In this document: positions 12,596 through 25,530 of the stretch, piece by piece | How positions within the stretch are numbered: position 1 is the first letter of the stretch | Layout of the letters: each line of letters opens with the position of its first letter | Assembly (NCBI RefSeq): GCF_001194135.2 | Contig: NC_068990.1 | Coordinates: 89,630,740-89,694,739 of the forward strand | Length of the DNA stretch: 64,000 bases | Direction of reading: 5' to 3' | Source of the DNA: Octopus bimaculoides | Lineage: Eukaryota | Notes under the pieces: model-generated | The model's input: only the letters and a program-made list of their open reading frames with translations | Databases searched by the model: none | Told to the model about the DNA's origin: nothing | Position numbers and translations under genes: made by a program

Positions 12596-13174
12596 ATTTC
12601 AGAGTATTGGTCAGTCTGAGGTTATAGTAGAGGATGCTTACTCAAAAAGCAGCCTCCCAACTGAAAGGTAAGAAAATTACATATGAAAGTAAATTACAAC
12701 AAAAAAAATGTTTAAAACTATTTAATGACAAGCTATCACGTGGTTTTGATCAAACTCAAAACGGCGTAAGTTGTGAAGCGATCCTCTTCCTCACGAGTGC
12801 AGAGTTCAAATCTGCTCTTGACGAGATTAGGTTTCAAGCTTTGATCTCACTCCTTACTGTTGCATTGGAATAATCTTTTGATTTCTGTCTGTAACAATAT
12901 TTATTCATACGAGAGGAAGCTTTAATAAAATGCATATTTAATGTTGATTACAAACTATACAAAACTAGCAGCCGTTAATTAATTGATTGATTAATTAATT
13001 AATACTGTTCTTAACTTCTTGGTTAATTTGAAACGTAATGTAATGTACACCTTTTTTGATAAACAAACTGTTTTAGTTTTACTGCGGAAAATAAACAAAA
13101 AATAATTATGCTGTCATCAGAGAAGTTGATATCGTGTTTCTTATCAATTTAAACCTCCGTCAGAGAAAGAAAAA

Positions 13175-13310
<136 letters not shown>

Positions 13311-13744
13311 TTTTTAAACTTAATATAATCTAATATTTTTAATTGTTGATATGAGTTTTGATGTTAATATATTTAGCAGTTAGAGTTTTTAGTCTCTTAA
13401 AACCAATAAGTATTTGTTAGAAATTATGCTCAACAATGTCATTAATCCAGACTTATTTATGCACGAAGTTTACAAACACAACGATCAATATAATTTGTAT
13501 CATTTAATATAAAAACAACAATGGAGGGACAAAAGTTGTAGATGTAAAGGACCGAATAATTAACAGTGTTTGTAATCCCACTCCTTTAACTCCTCCCAGT
13601 CTCAATAAAATGAGCACAAGCAATATCGGGTGACGTCAAATAATCGGCTGTTGTGTGTAAGAGAGGAAAAGTACCATTATTTTAATGACGATGAATAGTT
13701 GAAAGCAGTGGACTGGCAGAATCATTAGTGTTTGTTTTCTTTTT

Positions 13745-13928
13745 ATTCGTTTCAGTCATTTGACTGCGGCCATGATGGAGCACCGCATTGAAGGTTTTTA
13801 GTCGAACAAGTCGACCCCAGGACTTATTATTTTTGTAAAGCGTAGAAATTATTCTATCGGTCTCTTCTGCTAAACAGCAAAGTTACGGGGGCTTAAACAC
13901 CAGCATCAGTTGTCAAGCAGTGATAGGA

Positions 13929-13983
<55 letters not shown>

Positions 13984-14370
13984 NNNNNNNNNNNNNNNNN
14001 NNNNNNNNNNNNNNNNNNNNNNNNNNNNNNNNNNNNNNNNNNNNNNNNNNNNNNNNNNNNNNNNNNNNNNNNNNNNNNNNNNNNNNNNNNNNNNNNNNNN
14101 NNNNNNNNNNNNNNNNNNNNNNNNNNNNNNNNNNNNNNNNNNNNNNNNNNNNNNNNNNNNNNNNNNNNNNNNNNNNNNNNNNNNNNNNNNNNNNNNNNNN
14201 NNNNNNNNNNNNNNNNNNNNNNNNNNNNNNNNNNNNNNNNNNNNNNNNNNNNNNNNNNNNNNNNNNNNNNNNNNNNNNNNNNNNNNNNNNNNNNNNNNNN
14301 NNNNNNNNNNNNNNNNNNNNNNNNNNNNNNNNNNNNNAAAAAACCCACCTTTTTTGTATTTATTTTTACT

Positions 14371-14407
<37 letters not shown>

Positions 14408-14537
14408 TTATTTACAACGGTCTTCCAAATCCGCTCACAGGGTTTTGGTCGGCCCGAAACCATCGTAGGAGACACTTGCCCAAGGCGCCACGCAGTGGGA
14501 CTGAACCCGGAACTATGTGGTTGGGAAGCAAGCTTCT
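13745..14537 (-). mobile_element. tRNA-derived SINE family B: head 14415-14537 and tail 13745-13932, separated by a microsatellite and gap
   Basis: Head GACACTTGCCCAAGGCGCCACGCAGTGGGACTGAACCCGG and tail GACTGCGGCCATGATGGAGCACC; same layout as 34372-34830. Confidence 0.75.
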
Positions 14538-14559
14538 TGGTATGTGGGTAAATTATTCT

Positions 14560-14715
14560 GGCTCTTTACGTTCTGAGTTCAAATTCCGTCGGGATTAAAT
14601 TTGCCATTCACCTTCTTCGAGATCGACAAAATAAAGTTCTTGTCAAGTATTGAAGTCAATCGTATCAACCCCCATCCCTCCATTCAAAAATTGCTGGTCT
14701 TCTGTCTAATTTATA
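14560..14715 (+). mobile_element. Degenerate SINE family A (tail type 2)
   Basis: TTACGTTCTGAGTTCAAATTCCG plus a decayed core. Confidence 0.65.
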
Positions 14716-15259
14716 AACAAATATTCTAATGGTGAGATATAAAGTATATAAATCGTGCACAGAGACTCCAAAATTAACATAAATATTCTATAGGCTTAAT
14801 GAATAAAATAAATAATATAAAAACACTAACAGTATATAAATGGCTAACATTTTATGACAATTTATTGTATCCAGGTGTCTTTAATAATTATTTCAAGAAA
14901 TATGTTTATGAATATATAAATGTTAGATGGAAAATTAAATAGGTTCACAAAAAGGTTTATCTCAATTTCTCTTCAGAATTTTTTCATTCTCTTATTTCTA
15001 TCAGTTTTATTTTATTTTATATTTTCATTTCTTGTTATCGAATAAAAGAAGAAAGCGATAAATAAAAGCCTTCACTAACAAATTTGAATTTCAAAATATT
15101 TATTTTATATATTCTAAAACAACTAAGATTTACAATAAGAAAGAAACAAAAACAGAATTCAAACATTTACTGTTTATCTTTCACAGCGTATCATGTAAAT
15201 CTTGTAAGCTTCATAGCTGCAGTTAAACGTTTTTGAAGCTGGGTGTAGTGTATAGCGAT

Positions 15260-15405
15260 TATCTACAGTAGTAATAATAGTAGTAGTGGTGGTGGTGGTA
15301 CTGGTGGTGGAGTGGTGATGATGGTGGTAGCATTGGTGATAGTAGAAGTAGTGATAGTAGTAGTATTTGTAGTAGCAGCAGCACTAGCGGTAGCAGCTAC
15401 AGTGA
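15260..15405. repeat. Composite TAG/TGG/CAG trinucleotide tract
   Basis: Direct reading. Confidence 0.85.
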
Positions 15406-16634
15406 TGGAAAGGGGTGAAGTCTCTGATCAACGATGAAAACTTACGAACAGATTTCTTGTTATTTTCTTCGTGTTCTTCGTTTTGTGAAGATAATTCTGA
15501 ACAAATCCTTCATCCTGATAATCATTGGGCTCGTGACACTTTCTGCTCCAGAGACCAATACAAGTTCGAAGGACGAGAGAATGTAACTGGCTCTGTGCAA
15601 ACTAAAACCACTATAAAAACAGACCCCTGCTGTCTTGTGGGCTAATTTATCGAGCGCTTAATGACTAAGAGAATAAAGCCCTACAGAATAACCGGAGGCT
15701 GGGTAGATAAGGTAAATATGTACGGTAATAATTAAACAATATTTTGTATCCATTGCTGCTTCAAGGACAACGCGATTGTATTGACTTGTCTTCGTAGCAC
15801 ATTCATGAGTAAAGAAGTGTTAAGTGTACTTGGAACTTGGGGATGGGGAATTCCTTCAGGAAGCAGCCCAGGTATAGCTGACGTGGTTAAGTTACAGTAA
15901 CTACAACGCCATAAAAAAACGCCAGAAAAGGTCACCAACTTTTTGCTTTGAGAAGTATTCAATCCACTGACCAAATGTGACCAGCCATCAAAGACAATCA
16001 AACCACGATCAATCTGTCCTTTCAAATACATTTTAGAACTAAAATAACTGTAATGGTTTTTTCTTTATTTCTTTTAAACGGCTCAGTGTGATTTTGAAAG
16101 ACATCTCACTGCTATTTCCAGCAAGTTGAGTAACCACATAGGGTCTGCCAAAAATGATTTCCGTTCGTCCACTATCAAAATAAACAAGTGTTTCGAAATG
16201 TGACACCGATATTGTGCTATGTCTCCACTTAATTCTCACTCAACTATTCGCCAAATATATAACTTGAGTTTACCATCATAGGAAACCATGACAAGTATGT
16301 TGATGTTTGACTAGACCGATCTCTAATGCGATATCAGTGGTATCAATGAAAACAAGTTATGCCATTATAATAATAACATAAGCAATGACGTCAGTTGCTA
16401 TTCTTATCTCAAGTTACAGTTGCCACAGTATCCAGCGCTTTCAGGCATGAATGTTTTGAAGCATTTTACAACACTTTTCATTTTCAACTCTCTTCAAGTC
16501 GTATTATTGAAAAGTTTTTATATAAGTGACTATATACTTCTCTGTAAATTGAAACACTAGCATTTATATTAAAAATAATTAATAATAAATGATTTCCAAT
16601 GTAGCCATAAAACCAGAAGTTTTCAAGACTGAGA

Positions 16635-16745
16635 GGTTAGTCGATACTATGGGGCTCACTACATGCTTCGTACATCATTTTATCAGGCTTGGAAGCGGCA
16701 AAGTTGACATCGACAGGATTTAAACACAGAACGTACAAAACCGGA
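16635..16745 (-). mobile_element. Highly degenerate SINE family A
   Basis: GGCAAAGTTGACATCGACAGGATTTAAACACAGAACGT resembles the family A core and B box. Confidence 0.45.
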
Positions 16746-16748
16746 AGC

Positions 16749-17058
<310 letters not shown>

Positions 17059-17254
17059 TCAACTTACCATGAAAGTAAACAAAGTTTGTTTTAGAAGCGT
17101 TGAGATGTATTGAAAGATAGAGAAATAAATTTGTTTTTTATTCTCAAACGCATGATAATGCTAATAAATAGCGTGATCAGGATGAATTATCCATAAATTG
17201 CAGAAATATATTTATATATAGATATATCATTAAACTTTACAGAAAAACAAAGGG

Positions 17255-17385
17255 CAAAGACAGGTGTATAAACAACAAGCAGGTGTATTAGTTTGACGCT
17301 CGGGAAGGTGAGAAAGTCTTTTACGTTTCGAGCCTACGGTCTTCAACAGAAAGGAACGCGAGGAAATAAACAGAGAAAAAATAAA
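17255..17385 (-). mobile_element. Family G repeat with hammerhead-like motif
   Basis: Minus strand 17318-17353: CTTT CTGTTGA A GACC GTAG GCTC GAA ACGT A AAAG. Confidence 0.7.
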
Positions 17386-17463
17386 AAGAAAACAGAGTAT
17401 AAAAACTTTCGGAGTTAGCAGTCAGTCATATACATTCTCGTATATACGTATACATACATACAT

Positions 17464-17500
<37 letters not shown>

Positions 17501-17894
17501 CACACACTATGTTTTCGAGTTTTTGTTTTCAAACAGCAAGGTTACATTCAGCTTGTATTATATCATATTGTATGAAGTAAAAATGCCATAAATATTAAAT
17601 GTGAAATAAATGAGAAAAGTAAATAAATCAGAGCTATAATTCAATTGTCTATCATGTATAAAATTAGGATTATCGAAAATATAAAATACCTTTTTGAACA
17701 CATAACAAAATAAATATTTTTAAATATATACAAGCATCTTATTTTAACTTCATATATATTTAAACATTTTGTATAAGAAAAACAAAAACACTATTTCAAT
17801 GCCTGCAAGAATAAACTGAGAATGCAAGAAAAATAAACAAATAAAGCACAAGAAAATAAATAAAACTGTTTCATTTGCATTCATCTATGTTAGC

Positions 17895-18175
17895 TATTGT
17901 ATTTGTCTAGTTTACACCTATCACCCGAAGATTTTGTCTTTGGGTGAGAGGTATAAACTATGAAACAAAAAACAAACATGGAAATAGGCAAAAACAAAAC
18001 AAAACAGCTAGAACAAGTGATAGGTTAGTTTTCAGACAGAATAATATCCATCAATATTAATATGTTGTTATTTTATGTTCCATATATCTAATAAAATTTA
18101 GTAATATTTCCCGCCTATTTTGTAATAAACTTTGTCAATATCAAACATTATTCAAATATCAGACGACTGATATTT
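17895..18175. repeat. Diverged duplicate of 25260-25530
   Basis: Shared collinear anchors GTTTACACCT, TTTCAGACAGAATAATA, CCATATATCT, ATTTAGTAATA, ATATCAAACA. Confidence 0.65.
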
Positions 18176-18287
18176 TTTTTTCTTGTTTTGTTGCTGTTAA
18201 TTTTATCATAAAATTGTTCTAGAATCGCAAAGATAGCAAAGAATTAAATAACGCAGGGTACTTTTCCGGCACTCTAACGCTGTATTG

Positions 18288-18335
<48 letters not shown>

Positions 18336-19299
18336 AAGATAATAAATAAATTGATAATAGCACAACTGTGAAGGAGATATGTGGACAAAAGAGAACACAT
18401 TGTTGTTTGAATTTTGAGAATGAATCAGAGAAATGAATCTACAGAGAAAAGGTTGGGCTCTGGAAAAGAGTATTGAGAAGAGAGTGAATGAGTAATTCGA
18501 AAAGAACCAAGAATTAGCATTGGATGTGAAACGCATCCATTCTGCTACAAAGGTAAAAGCGTACAAAGATTCAATGTTGCTTTCAATGTTCTTGACTGTT
18601 ACCTTTCTATTACTTTGACTTAAGGAATGAGATACAAGCCTTTGAGCGGTTGTGTAACCCTCTGTCTACCCACGACATCATACTTCGCCTTCGTTTTTGA
18701 ATACCAGGAAGATTATCTCTGATATTCTGCTGCGTTCCCTATAAATTACATTCTTTTTTTACAATGAACAGAATCTCATTAAAAAATTCCTGGAAAATTC
18801 TGTCTTCATTTGTGAGACAAGCGTAGATTAATCTTTTCTTCTATTGCTACTGAAGATGAAACTCAATTAAGGAAGCATGTGTTTTGGTTACATTTTTGTC
18901 GTATGACCTTTTCCCGCAAGCTAAATCATATTTAAAATGTCTTTGTTGTTAACAGCTGAGCGAAAACAAATTTTGGAAGCTAAAGTTATTTCTTCTATTA
19001 GAAATTTCGCTGATAATATCGTGTCATAGAACGAGATACATTTTTTCCTGCATATGTTTTTGAAATACAAGTATCCATGATGTTCTGTTTCTTATTTTTA
19101 TTCCCGGTGTTGTGGACATTTTATCTGTTGGATATCATTTTGAAAACGACTTACCGACAGAAAAAAATTTCTGCTGTCAAATTAACGCTTTTTCTCTCTC
19201 AAGCGGAAAAAGTCGATAGTAATGAGGGCCTACTTTTCTATGGATATATTTCACACAAAATACGTGAGTAGTTAAACGCGTAATCTGAATTTCTCTAAT

Positions 19300-19830
19300 C
19301 GTGCAGGCTGTTTTTGCTCTTCTTGTTGTTAAAGTTATTGCTGCTGTGATAATTGTGCCAGCAGCATTTAGGAGGCCTTCCTTCTCTCCACTTTTTCCTT
19401 CGAACTGAACTCCTTACTTTTTGTCACTGTATAAGTAACACGTAACCTTTCTATCCTCAACCGTTACGAGGCACCTAACAGTTTGATGAGATCTACAATG
19501 GCTTCCCTGCTTCCTTGATCCACTCTGAATATCAAAAGCAGCATTCTTGTGTACGACCAATTTTTCTTTTGCAGCCTGTGATCTTCCAATATGATAATTT
19601 TTCTTCTGCTTTGAACAAAACATGATACTAGCCAGTAGACATGTCTACCTGGTGGTACGTTGCCCATCTTTGCTTTTATCACTCTCTGACCAAAATAGAT
19701 CGGTATAAAGACCAGTACATCACACTTTATAACCGTTACAGAGAGCCTACTGACCTCCACTTCGATCGGAAATCTTCCTCTAATGTACCGCATCATCTCT
19801 TGCAAGCAATGTAGGTTTAGGCTTCCCAAA
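19300..19830 (-). pseudogene. Possible decayed LINE ORF1 (gag-like) remnant
   Basis: Frameshifted reading FGQRVIKAKMGNVPPGRHVYWLVSC ... VTVEDRKVTCYLYSDKK*G, resembling a LINE ORF1 segment with a broken zinc knuckle. Recollection only. Confidence 0.3.
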
Positions 19831-20190
19831 TTAGTTTAAGACTCTTTCAAGCTGTGTTTGTATTGATTACTTCACTGTTCCAGGTTTCAGTCATATACAC
19901 AGTACTCTTTTCTATCCCCACTACCACCACCACAACCACTGGATCTCTTCTAAGAAGGTCAACAAGGCCTAAGATATTCCTAAATAGATTGAAGGCCAGA
20001 AAATTGTAGGAAGGTGGATAGTGGATTAAATCTACCTCACTTCTTGAGTGATGCTTTATCTATCGATATCGGAGAATTGTCGCTAAGTAAATCACATCTA
20101 ACATGACATAAAATAACAGAAAGTTAAAGTAACATAGCGTAAAATACATGCGCCATAACAGAAAAGTAAAGCTGCCTTGAATACAAAATG

Positions 20191-20270
20191 CTAAGCGGCA
20201 TTTTCTTCCGACTCTTTACATTCTGATTTCAAATCTCGCCGAGGTCGACTTTGTCTTTCATCCGCTTCGA
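20191..20270 (+). mobile_element. SINE family A fragment
   Basis: GCCGAGGTCGACTTTGTCTTTCATCC core. Confidence 0.7.
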
Positions 20271-20699
20271 GCATTGTATAATGCTGTGTGTAGTAAGAGT
20301 ACTGAGTTAGGCAGTGTACAGGTGTGGGGTTGGTTTTTAGATGAAGAGATATGGCGAATGAAGGCCATAAGTAACAAAGGAATGAAGAGAGAAGATTAAT
20401 TCCTGTTAACAACGGTGGCGAGAGTCAGTGTGGCCCCTGTGCAAAGACAGTCCGAACATATATACATAAATNNNNNNNNNNNNNNNNNNNNNNNNNNNNN
20501 NNNNNNNNNNNNNNNNNNNNNNNNNNNNNNNNNNNNNNNNNNNNNNNNTATATACATGCGTGTTTGTGTGTGTGTGTCTGTTTACATATATGTAGACAAA
20601 TTTATATATACAAACATATATAAATATATATACATATATATATACATATATGTGAGTGTGTGTGTATCTGTGGTTTTGTGTCTGCGTGTGCGCCTTTGG

Positions 20700-20900
20700 T
20701 TGTGTGTTTGTGTTTGTTCCCTCAACACTTGACATCCTGTTTTGGTTCGTTACCGTCCCTGTTATTTAGCTCTTCGGCAAAAAATCCGATAGTACAAGTA
20801 CCAGACTTTAAAATAAATGATACCGTGGTCGATTTGTTCGACTAAAAGACTTCAAAGCAGTGATCCAGCATGGCCGCAGTACAATGCCACAAATATATAA
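20700..20900 (+). mobile_element. SINE family B 3' half
   Basis: GGTCGATTTGTTCGACTAAA ... CCAGCATGGCCGCAGT. Confidence 0.75.
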
Positions 20901-21426
20901 AAGACAATGAAAGAGAAAATGCCCCGTTGACAGAAAACAATAACGATGTACAAACATTGCAATAACAATTTTTGCGCATTATTTTATAACTATTTCAATG
21001 CTTGTTCCCTGGTTCTACCTAATTCCGTTTGATATTAGAACAGAAAAGCTGACAGTATTCTCAAATCATGAATAATAAAACGGATTTCAAATATTTGTAC
21101 AAAGCCACACATTCTGAATCGGTGCTTGAAGGACTAAAGACCAAATCGATCCCAGCGCGATTTAAGCGTAGATAATAAAGGAATGTAACAATATCTTATC
21201 ATAATAGGAATAAAAAGAATCTTGGTTTTTTTTTATTGGCCACAAGGACAATATGAAGTCAATATGGCAGTGCAGCATAACAATAAAATAGACAGTTAGG
21301 TATAGAAGTCATTTGTCATAAAGAAATCTCTAGATATTTACACATATTCATAAACATACGCACACACATACCTTTGTAAATAGGTAGATAGACAGATAGA
21401 TATATAATGTATATTGCATACAGCTA

Positions 21427-21497
<71 letters not shown>
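21427..21497. repeat. (TATC)n microsatellite running into a gap
   Basis: Direct reading. Confidence 0.95.
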
Positions 21498-22199
21498 NNN
21501 NNNNNNNNNNNNNNNNNNNNNNNNNNNNNNNNNNNNNNNNNNNNNNNNNNNNNNNNNNNNNNNNNNNNNNNNNNNNNNNNNNNNNNNNNNNNNNNNNNNN
21601 NNNNNNNNNNNNNNNNNNNNNNNNNNNNNNNNNNNNNNNNNNNNNNNNNNNNNNNNNNNNNNNNNNNNNNNNNNNNNNNNNNNNNNNNNNNNNNNNNNNN
21701 NNNNNNNNNNNNNNNNNNNNNNNNNNNNNNNNNNNNNNNNNNNNNNNNNNNNNNNNNNNNNNNNNNNNNNNNNNNNNNNNNNNNNNNNNNNNNNNNNNNN
21801 NNNNNNNNNNNNNNNNNNNNNNNNNNNNNNNNNNNNNNNNNNNNNNNNNNNNNNNNNNNNNNNNNNNNNNNNNNNNNNNNNNNNNNNNNNNNNNNNNNNN
21901 NNNNNNNNNNNNNNNNNNNNNNNNNNNNNNNNNNNNNNNNNNNNNNNNNNNNNNNNNNNNNNNNNNNNNNNNNNNNNNNNNNNNNNNNNNNNNNNNNNNN
22001 NNNNNNNNNNNNNNNNNNNNNNNNNNNNNNNNNNNNNNNNNTATATATATAAATCCAGTAAAACAACTAAAACTAATGACGCATCTGCTGATGAAAAACC
22101 TCTTCTACCTACTTGCGTCTTGTGAATTTGTTAACCATTAAAAACTATTCGATGACCTGGAGTTGACACACCTAAATATACACGCCTATTTACGAAGTT

Positions 22200-22415
22200 C
22201 TACACGCATCAATATATTCTCAACTATAACATAAAGAGAAATTTTATCAATAGAATGTCTCTCCTCAACAACTCTCCATCGCAACCCACCCTACAACCTA
22301 ATTACCATTCAACCGAACCCCACAAGCTTCAGAGTAACTTAATGCAGCAGAAAGATGATGGATTAGCTGACCGAAACGTCGAATCGAAGTCACTGTGAAT
22401 ACTAGTGTTAATGAA
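22200..22415 (+). mobile_element. Possible Penelope-like 3' end remnant
   Basis: GATGATGG-attagctga-CC GAAACGTC, the shape of a decayed PLE terminal motif. Confidence 0.35.
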
Positions 22416-23107
22416 CAATATATATATATATATATTGCGGAAGAATTTGTGCTTACACGTAGTGAAGGCCTCGTTGTATTTATTAAACAATTGTGGTGAG
22501 TTGTGGGTTAGAAGTTTGCTCTTTGGATACTTTCATGTCAGAAAGGATTTTAATCAAAGAAATCTTAATTCTATTATTCTGTAAAATAACATTTAATTAG
22601 TTTAAATGTACACAAATGCATAAGCATAATTTTTAATTCCATTAGCCTTTCTAAAATACGATTAAATTTCATTCAATTTTAAAAAAGGTAAAATCTGACA
22701 GAACTTATGGGATGACCTGATATATATATAATCATATGTGTGTGTGAGTGTGTGAGTGTATGTATGAATATATATATTTGTATAAGTAAGCATACGTGCC
22801 TACAAATATATGCGCTGTCATGTAGACATATAAAACACTTGATTTTTGTTTTTTTGCATAAAACGTAAAGGAATTATGCTTAATGTCATATTTTAGACAA
22901 AATAATATTCATGTCAACAGAAATATAAGTTGTTTTTAATGTTCTTCCTACTTGATATGAATAAATAATATCTTTGTGACTATACCGTGTTTAAATCCAT
23001 ATGTAACACATGTTTGTTCATTATTTATCAAATATACATTATTCCAAATTCAAATTTCATACTTTTAAACAGCTGTCTATATTTTAATAATAATAATAAT
23101 AATAATG

Positions 23108-23159
<52 letters not shown>

Positions 23160-24636
23160 TAATAATAATAGTTCGAGTTTTTATTTGCCGCGTAGTAGCT
23201 TTTCTTATTGCTTTATCGTTGCATTCAATTTCCACATTTTAGTTTAGTTTCCAGCCATTTCATCGTATCTGCTGTTTTTCATTTCCTTCACATCTTGTCA
23301 TTTCACTTTCTGGTTTATAATTTAGGTTTCTTTGAAGATAGAAAACAGTCGTTTGTTTTGTTGGCATTTTGTGGCTATTTGTTTAATGTTTACTAGATAT
23401 TTTAGTAGTCTTACAGAGGATGCTAAATAAAGACGTTATTTTTCTTGTTTTTCCATTTTGTATTACAAGTTCTACTTGCGAAAATATCAACATATCAACA
23501 TATCGCTAGCCGCTAAGGAACATGGTTAAAGTCAAATAATTGACAATCAAATCTGTCGTACGCATGTGTGTATATGTATGTATATATTTGTGTAAATACG
23601 TATCTGTGTGTTTGCGCTTGTGTCTGTGCATATGCATGTGTCTGTCTGTCTGTGTTTGTGTGTGTGATTTTTGTGCGTGTGTTTTTGAGTGCGTGTGTCT
23701 GTGTGTGCGTTTGTATGTGTATGCGTGTTTGTGTGTGTATACAAGTGTGTGTGTGTGTATGTGTGTGTGTGTTTTCAGACGAGAGCGCGGCTACCCAATG
23801 CATGGTGTGAGGTCTATTCATACCATTTTGATGATTTCCTTTACTGCTAATCAAAGGTTTCCTGTCATTTGTGAGGATCTCTTTCAACCATTTCGTATAA
23901 ATGGGTTTATCAAACATATCTATATCCTAAATACTAAACATGTAAATTGCAAATTTTATATTTATATAAAACGGAATAATTTAAAATACTACATAATTTA
24001 ATTAATTCTGTCTGGAGTAAAAGAAATTACTGCTATTGCAATAGAATATGTTTGAAGAATATAATTTGATTAAGAATGTAAAAATTATAAGAGATCTTCT
24101 AATTAAATATCTTTCAGTATCGGTTAGAATTTCTGAAAATCATTGAACGGAATCGATGGAAAAGGAAATATATGCTACGTGGTAAAGATATTTTCGAGTT
24201 CATCTTTTGCGTCCAGGTTTGAGCCCACTATATGCTGACTGAGATAGTGTCGTCATGTGTTGATCAATTCTTGGGACTGGAATTTAAAAGGTGGAAACTC
24301 TGTGCCGTCCCCCCCATATATATATATATATACATATATACATACATATATATATATATATATATATGTATTATTTCTTTACTACCCANNNNNNNNNNNN
24401 NNNNNNNNNNNNNNNNNNNNNNNNNNNNNNNNNNNNNNNNNNNNNNNNNNNNNNNNNNNNNNNNNNNNNNNNNNNNNNNNNNNNNNNNNNNNNNNNNNNN
24501 NNNNNNNNNNNNNNNNNNNNNNNNNNNNNNNNNNNNNNNNNNNNNNNNNNNNNNNNNNNNNNNNNNNNNNNNNNNNNNNNNNNNNNNNNNNNNNNNNNNN
24601 NNNNNNNNNNNNNNNNNNNNNNNNNNNNNNNNNNNN

Positions 24637-24680
<44 letters not shown>

Positions 24681-25259
24681 ATGGAAATGAGAGGATCAAC
24701 ATACATTCCGTATATTGATATTTTCCCTGACTCGCATTTAAATTTCAAATTTTAAGTTTTTAATTCACTTGAAGAAAATGGTTCTTTTCCATGATGTAAT
24801 CAGTTTATTTATCAAAATAATAAAACGCGCATGAAACACCTGTAGCGAACCTTAACCTAATTATGTTCTTTATGTATATATGTATGCATAGAATCAAGAT
24901 ATAATAATGAAGGATGGAAGTTAAGCACCTTTGATTAATTAATTACAAACTTGTTCTGCATGTTAAATTCCGACACATGTTTCTGATGAATAATTTCCGA
25001 GAATCCTTTGATATGATAGTTTTGTGCATTTAATCGATCTATATCAAATGAGTTGTAGCACAGATTTTGATACAAGGGTTAACAGTCTTACACAGCTTTT
25101 TTCCAATGTGTTTTCTATGCTTGCATATACAAATATAGAAACTCACGAAGACTATGGCTTCTTCTGCCACATTTTTACGCCGGTAAGTGTGATTTCATGA
25201 AAATTGTCTGTTACATCTAGCACGTTTTGTGACAACATAGAAGTTCTCTTGTTCGGTCT

Positions 25260-25530
25260 TATTGTAGTTTTTTTTCTTAAGTTTACACCTTTCAGTTGGA
25301 AGACATAAACACATCTGAATTCATAAATAACTAAAAAATAAAGAGAACAAAATTTGATGAAACAAACAAGACATATGTAGCGTTAGGTTTCAGACAGAAT
25401 AATAACTAATGCCATTAAAATTTGCTTATTATTCTGTCCCATATATCTGATATGATTTAGTAATAATACCCATCTGTTCAGTATCGTCTGATGGAAACTT
25501 CATTCATATCAAACAGTACTGAAATGTCAA
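25260..25530. repeat. Diverged duplicate of 17895-18175
   Basis: Same collinear anchors as listed for 17895-18175. Confidence 0.65.

Noticed and set aside
15732-16239. Protein-looking minus-strand ORFs (99 and 66 aa)
   Set aside because: No recognisable family motif and stops in all frames; left unassigned.
22078-22119. CTGATGA enclosed by GACGCA/TGCGTC
   Set aside because: No stem II or GAAA follows, so it does not form a hammerhead.
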